64,000 nucleotides of DNA from Candidatus Altiarchaeota archaeon (GTDB lineage Archaea; Altiarchaeota; Altiarchaeia; IMC4; QMZM01), in the NCBI GenBank assembly GCA_016931955.1, contig JAFGDV010000022.1:1-64000 (forward strand), in the 5' to 3' direction. The position numbers were made by a program, and so were the translations under genes. The notes under the pieces are model-generated. The model ran no database searches and had not been told where the DNA came from. It worked only from the letters and a program-made list of their open reading frames with translations. Positions 59,792-64,000 of the stretch are shown in pieces (positions within the stretch are counted from its first letter, which is position 1; each line of letters opens with the position of its first letter).

Positions 59792-60322
59792 ATGGAGTTA
59801 TGGGTTTTAGCGTTAATAGGTTTCGGTTTATGTGTTTTCTTGGCCATGATAGGGTTTATCTTAGTTAAACGGTTCAAGCATAAACAAGAACCAGTAATTT
59901 CACAGACACAAGAAAAAAAAACTGAGGTGCGGATTATTCGGTGTGATGACACTTACCGCATTGAGTGGCCTAATGAGGTTCTCAGCATTGAGGGAGGTGA
60001 TGTTGAGGGCTTAAAGAGGTACTTAGATGGTCAAATTAAGCGGTTATCTTTTGTCGGGGAGTGTGTGAGTAACTTAGGCGTGTATTATCCTGACTTTGAT
60101 CCGCCTAAAGAAGAAGGAGAGAAGGAGGAGGTTTTGAAACCCATTGATGAGACCGTTAAAATAATACCTGATTTGAGTTTTAGAGAGGTTGAGGAGATCA
60201 AGGAAACCCTCACCAGAGAAAACGGACAAACACCAACTAAGAGAAAGTTAGCGTGGCATATAGCTAAAGTTTACGGTGTTTCCATTGGTGAGGCATGGAA
60301 TATACTTAAAAGAGGAGACTGA
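59792..60322 (+). CDS. Membrane-anchored protein with C-terminal HTH-like motif
   Basis: N-terminal TM; PTKRKLAWHIAKVYGVSIGEAWNILK. Confidence 0.55.
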   Translation: MELWVLALIGFGLCVFLAMIGFILVKRFKHKQEPVISQTQEKKTEVRIIRCDDTYRIEWPNEVLSIEGGDVEGLKRYLDGQIKRLSFVGECVSNLGVYYPDFDPPKEEGEKEEVLKPIDETVKIIPDLSFREVEEIKETLTRENGQTPTKRKLAWHIAKVYGVSIGEAWNILKRGD

Positions 60323-60323
60323 A

Positions 60324-60500
60324 ATGAAAGCGAAACTAAGCATTGAGGAGGTCATACAGAAAGTAGAGGAAAGACCAGAGATACTTGACTACTTGCCTAA
60401 ACCGTATAAAACCTATATTCAGGCTCTCATGAGAGACAAGAAAAAGGGATACGTGGCTGATCCCAGAGGGAGGGCTAAGAAAGGCTCTCCCTCACCTTAA
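60324..60500 (+). CDS. Small hypothetical protein
   Basis: GAGGAG RBS upstream of MKAKLS. Confidence 0.5.
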   Translation: MKAKLSIEEVIQKVEERPEILDYLPKPYKTYIQALMRDKKKGYVADPRGRAKKGSPSP

Positions 60501-60643
60501 TCCTTGCTTTCCGTGAGTTCAAGGTTTCCCCTCTCGTTGAACTCTATGTCTATCTTTTGTCCTCTTCCCCATTTCTTTGCTTTTACGACTGATTTGGGGA
60601 GGGTTAGGAAAAATTGTCCGTTTTGGCTTTCTTGCAGGATCAC
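60497..60643 (-). CDS. AbrB/SpoVT-like DNA-binding protein (start uncertain)
   Basis: GQFFLTLPKSVVKAKKWGRGQKIDIEF. Confidence 0.7.
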   Translation of the reverse strand: MILQESQNGQFFLTLPKSVVKAKKWGRGQKIDIEFNERGNLELTESKD

Positions 60644-60735
60644 TTTCTTAATACCTATAATTTTACTGATGATACTATATGTTTTTATACTTAAAAGCAC
60701 ATAAATAACCAAAGGGAAAATCCATAAAAGCTTTT

Positions 60736-60750
60736 ATCTCTCCCCCAGCT
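60736..60750 (+). repeat. attR core
   Basis: ATCTCTCCCCCAGCT, identical to 51109-51123. Confidence 0.9.
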
Positions 60751-60752
60751 AA

Positions 60753-60883
60753 CATACCCCTTTCTTTAGAGAAGAAAGGTGTATCAGCAAGACGCAGCGC
60801 GTCTTGTCTGAGTCGAAACCCTAAGGGTTTCGCTCATCACCCCAAAGAAAGGAATTCGCCATAATGCGAATTTTATGTGTTGA
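60753..60883. repeat. Cluster of palindromic REP-like hairpins (the original tRNA-Cys 3' flank)
   Basis: ATACCCCTTTC..GAAAGGTGTAT, CAAGACGC-A-GCGCGTCTTG, CGAAACCC-TAA-GGGTTTCG, GAATTCGC..GCGAATT. Confidence 0.6.
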
Positions 60884-60884
60884 T

Positions 60885-61490
60885 CTAGGACGTGATCTCG
60901 AAGGAGTCGATCATTGTTTCGACTGTGTTAAGGTATTTGGAGTATGTGTCCGCTTTTGCTGTGTAGGTTACCACGTATTCTTTGCCGTTCTTCAGGATGA
61001 ACACCTGCTGAGCCTTCAGCTTGTATGTGCCCTGCGTGAAGGTTATGACTGTTTTATATGCTGGATTACCTCCGACGGTGGTCTTCTCTGAGCTTATGAC
61101 TTCGAAATCTGTTATAAAGTTCTCGGCGTTAGCGATTTCTGAGTCATAGACTTGTTCGAAGGTGAGCGACTCATAGCCTATAGGCAGCCTCTCAACCAGG
61201 ATGCCCACATTCTCCTGAAGGTCGTCTGATTCGCTTTCAGGCGGCGATTTAAAAAAAACAACCGCCTCCATAAAGTCTTCCTCCTTTGACCACTCAGAGG
61301 GGTAATCAATCTTTATGCCGTATGTAGAAGACTCAAAGATCAAGAAACCTGGTGGCCCGGTTTCAGTTATCGTTGTCGTGGTAGTTGTAGTCGTCTTTCG
61401 TGTTGTAGTAGTCGAAGTGGTTGTTTCGTCGACGTCGGATACGCAGCCACAGATCAAAAGAACCAATAAGATAAGTGCAAGTTTTTTCAT
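60885..61490 (-). CDS. PsbP-like lipoprotein with Thr-rich linker
   Basis: LICGC lipobox; YGIKIDYPSEW..TTVGGNPAY..YVVTYTA..MIDSFEI. Confidence 0.75.
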   Translation of the reverse strand: MKKLALILLVLLICGCVSDVDETTTSTTTTRKTTTTTTTTITETGPPGFLIFESSTYGIKIDYPSEWSKEEDFMEAVVFFKSPPESESDDLQENVGILVERLPIGYESLTFEQVYDSEIANAENFITDFEVISSEKTTVGGNPAYKTVITFTQGTYKLKAQQVFILKNGKEYVVTYTAKADTYSKYLNTVETMIDSFEITS

Positions 61491-61538
61491 CCATGATCAC
61501 CTAAGTTAGGTATTTGGTATACTTCAATAAATAGGTGG

Positions 61539-61802
61539 TCAGGCGGAAACGATGACGCAGGAGAGCAGGTACCATACGAAGACGTCCACAAGCAGTGCGA
61601 TATAAGAGAATCGCAGACCATAAACGCTATCTGACATCTCAAACGTCATAGGTAGTCCTCTCACATAGGAACCCGCAGCAACAAGACCTTCATCCTCACT
61701 ATTTAAGCTCTCATGCTTAGGCGAGGACAGGATGAGCGCTAATAAGATAAAGACTATGATCTTCATCTTCCTAGGACGCAAAAACCCGTGCCAGTCCACC
61801 AA
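61539..61802 (-). CDS. Small membrane protein (paralogue of 23914-24195)
   Basis: FLRP.K, RGLP, VDVFVWYLLSCVI. Confidence 0.6.
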   Translation of the reverse strand: MVDWHGFLRPRKMKIIVFILLALILSSPKHESLNSEDEGLVAAGSYVRGLPMTFEMSDSVYGLRFSYIALLVDVFVWYLLSCVIVSA

Positions 61803-61875
61803 AGCAGAACACCTCCTCGAGCATCTATGAGATACTTTATGGGAGGATTAGGATAAATAATCCCACACACAGAAG

Positions 61876-62337
61876 TTACAGGCATGTGCCGTTTTCGCAG
61901 CCCCGTGAACACCTCTCGAAAGGCGTCGGCTCAGTGTCTATAGAGGCACCTGAAAATGAAATCCTCTGGATGCAGTAGGACTCCAGTTTCCCTGGCTTCA
62001 TACATATCGGCGTCACAAGGCGGATGTAGACGTCTCCTCTATAGCAGACCTTTTCTTCTATACGCTGTCCGCAGTCGCTGTTGATGAAGCAGGCAATAGG
62101 CAGAGTGGTTGTCGTGGTCGTAGTGGTCGATGTCGTTGACGTCGTGGTTATGGTCGTCGAAGTAGTAGTCGAAGTGGTTGTTGTTTCGTCGACGTCGCAT
62201 ATCTTATTGTCGTTCACGTCCAAACAGCATTCATTCCCCACTAGGATATAGGGCTTATTGCATACAATCTCTTCCCTCGCATCCTTCACGCAACCGCAGA
62301 CTAGGATGATGGACAGCAAAAGTATGAGTTCTTTCAT
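61876..62337 (-). CDS. Cys/Thr-rich lipoprotein
   Basis: VCGC lipobox; CNKPYILVGNECCLD.NDNKICD; CFINSDCG..C..PG..S.C. Confidence 0.7.
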   Translation of the reverse strand: MKELILLLSIILVCGCVKDAREEIVCNKPYILVGNECCLDVNDNKICDVDETTTTSTTTSTTITTTSTTSTTTTTTTTLPIACFINSDCGQRIEEKVCYRGDVYIRLVTPICMKPGKLESYCIQRISFSGASIDTEPTPFERCSRGCENGTCL

Positions 62338-62459
62338 GCCCTAACACCTACAATCTACTTAAGGAATCCAACCTAATAAGCAGTGTTTTATGATTTCTCT
62401 TGAATTCTCGCAAGGTTTATATATTATGGATACCTATAACCTAAACAAGGTGTTTGACT

Positions 62460-62615
62460 ATGAGGGACATCGGGAGATACCATAAACTCCCCTGGAAGGG
62501 GGGACAGATCACCATACGCAAGGATATCGCTCAAGCCCTGAACCTGAAAAACAAAGACAAGGTGCTGTTAGAGTACGACGAAAAAGCGGGGGTTTTGAAG
62601 ATAACGAAGCTGTGA
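62460..62615 (+). CDS. 51-aa AbrB-like protein (not in the ORF track)
   Basis: GGQITIRKDIAQALNLKNKDKVLLEYD; AGGTG RBS and TTTATATA upstream. Confidence 0.7.
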   Translation: MRDIGRYHKLPWKGGQITIRKDIAQALNLKNKDKVLLEYDEKAGVLKITKL

Positions 62616-62796
62616 TTCTTTATTCCACCAGGGGGATTGGATGAAGAACTCTTAGACTGTGATTAAGGGTATATGTTATGAAGGCTCTGCGATCATCAGG
62701 GAGGATCCTACAATATGCGACCTGATCCGATCAGAGAGCCAGAAAGACGAATGCTACGAGATGGTCTCAGAAGCTGGAGAGGACACACAAGGGTGA

Positions 62797-63141
62797 GTGA
62801 AGAAGATGAAACAGTGGGTCCACGTGATACTGCAGGTGTTCATCTTTCTCTTGGTTTATTATCTGCTCGACCTAAAGAGCGCAGCCGTTGTCACCTCAGC
62901 CCACTTTATTCCAACAATAGACTTCCTCATGTTGAAGCTCGGGGTGCTGGGAGGAATGCACCGAAGATTGTTCCACAACATCTTCGCGGCAGGTATTGCG
63001 TCGCTCCTCTACTATCAACTATTCGGCCCCTTGATCGGTCTCCTTGGATTCTTGAACATGATATTTCACTTCGCCCTCGACCTCACAGGTAGGGGGATTG
63101 CGATCTTTTACCCCCTATCAGAGTACCGGCTGAGGCTTTAA
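62797..63141 (+). CDS. Membrane-bound metal-dependent hydrolase (YdjM-like)
   Basis: PTID, HRRLFHN, HFALD..GIAIFYPL. Confidence 0.7.
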   Translation: MKKMKQWVHVILQVFIFLLVYYLLDLKSAAVVTSAHFIPTIDFLMLKLGVLGGMHRRLFHNIFAAGIASLLYYQLFGPLIGLLGFLNMIFHFALDLTGRGIAIFYPLSEYRLRL

Positions 63142-63172
63142 TCCTTTTATTTCAGTGCGCATAATATCCTAT

Positions 63173-64000
63173 ATGAAGAATCACCTGGCTACTGCGCTTG
63201 TTCTGATGGTCTTGTTTTGCTGTTGTATCGGCGGAAACGAAACAACTACTACGACCACAACTACGTCGACGACTACTACAACGACGACTACTACAACAAC
63301 TACAACGTCGACTACTACGACCTCTACCTCCACTGTTCCAGTAGACGTTGAGTGTTATGTTAACTCTGACTGTGGCTTTAATGGATTGGATATGGCGAGT
63401 TATTATGCCTGCACTAAAAACAGGATATACAGCCAATACATAAGCTATCGGTGTGATAAACCCGGGACGCCGTACTCTGAATGCGTCGGTAAAATGAAGC
63501 AGGAGATAGTGAAGTCCTGTGTGGAAGACGAAAGATGCGTTGATGGAACGCCCTACTGCAGGTCCGCTGGGGGTTCATGGGAGTACGGGAAAAAATGCGA
63601 CGGAGATAACTGTTTGGTTTTAAATGACACACAGAACACAACATACAAGGGATACATGTTTAGGTTGAACTACTCACTATCATCCCCTGAGGGGATAAGC
63701 CTCTACGTCCAGAAACCTGGCCGGAGGGTTATCGAGCGGTACCTTATCTTATCCCATGAGGAGCTGATTGATAATCTGAGGGTTAAGCTGAGCTATGTTA
63801 GGATGCCAGACAATTACGCTGAGATCCTGATAGATCCTCCAAGGGTCAATATGACGACGCACGTTACTTTACCTTACTATAATCCCTGTGTTCCATCAAA
63901 CGCCTCAGAGCTCAGGGGCATGAACACCGAAGGCTATGATGTGGCGTATGGAAAATACGCCTTCAAGTTCAATAAGGTATATTACCTCGACGAGTATAGT
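63173..64000 (+). CDS. Cys/Thr-rich lipoprotein with S-layer-like domain, 3'-truncated by the window
   Basis: Open to the window end; FCCCIG lipobox, Thr tract, CYVNSDCG module, YKGYMFRL..GISLYVQKP. Confidence 0.7.
   Translation, partial: MKNHLATALVLMVLFCCCIGGNETTTTTTTTSTTTTTTTTTTTTTSTTTTSTSTVPVDVECYVNSDCGFNGLDMASYYACTKNRIYSQYISYRCDKPGTPYSECVGKMKQEIVKSCVEDERCVDGTPYCRSAGGSWEYGKKCDGDNCLVLNDTQNTTYKGYMFRLNYSLSSPEGISLYVQKPGRRVIERYLILSHEELIDNLRVKLSYVRMPDNYAEILIDPPRVNMTTHVTLPYYNPCVPSNASELRGMNTEGYDVAYGKYAFKFNKVYYLDEYS

Larger units (their letters stand above)
51109..60750. mobile_element. ~9.6-kb tRNA-Cys-integrated element (integrative plasmid or satellite-like)
   Basis: 15-bp direct repeat of the tRNA 3' end at both ends, integrase next to attL, replicase, visibly more AT-rich than the flanks. 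Confidence 0.9.

Noticed and set aside
62659-62796. Short Cys-containing frame (ICYEGSAIIREDPTICDLI..DECY)
   Set aside because: Looks like a gene remnant without a convincing start; too short to call
1-64000. CRISPR array, IS transposase, reverse transcriptase/DGR, rRNA
   Set aside because: No regularly spaced repeat-spacer array and no recognisable transposase, RT or rRNA motifs were seen

Overview
Archaeal chromosomal segment (TBP, aIF5B, aIF2-beta, GGGP synthase/EgsA, BHB tRNA intron). An Altiarchaeota/DPANN-like host is my inference from gene content and the many Cys/Thr-rich surface proteins. Positions 1-51 kb hold housekeeping genes, two AbrB-PIN toxin-antitoxin modules, a redundant gluconeogenesis operon, several large modular surface proteins, a tRNA-His with an 88-nt structured intron and a highly structured ~550-nt intergenic region. 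The main find is a ~9.6-kb element integrated at tRNA-Cys (15-bp att duplication, 51109-60750). It carries an intact tyrosine integrase, a divergent regulator pair with a palindromic operator, an AEP primase fused to an MCM-like helicase, two matching iteron-like clusters (one inside the replicase gene), a dispersed over-represented CTGTGAA motif, and its own histone-fold protein with a lysine-rich N-terminal tail. I found no capsid, terminase or conjugation genes in it, and it sits next to a host histone-fold gene with an acidic tail. All protein calls are by eye from motifs; no database searches were run.
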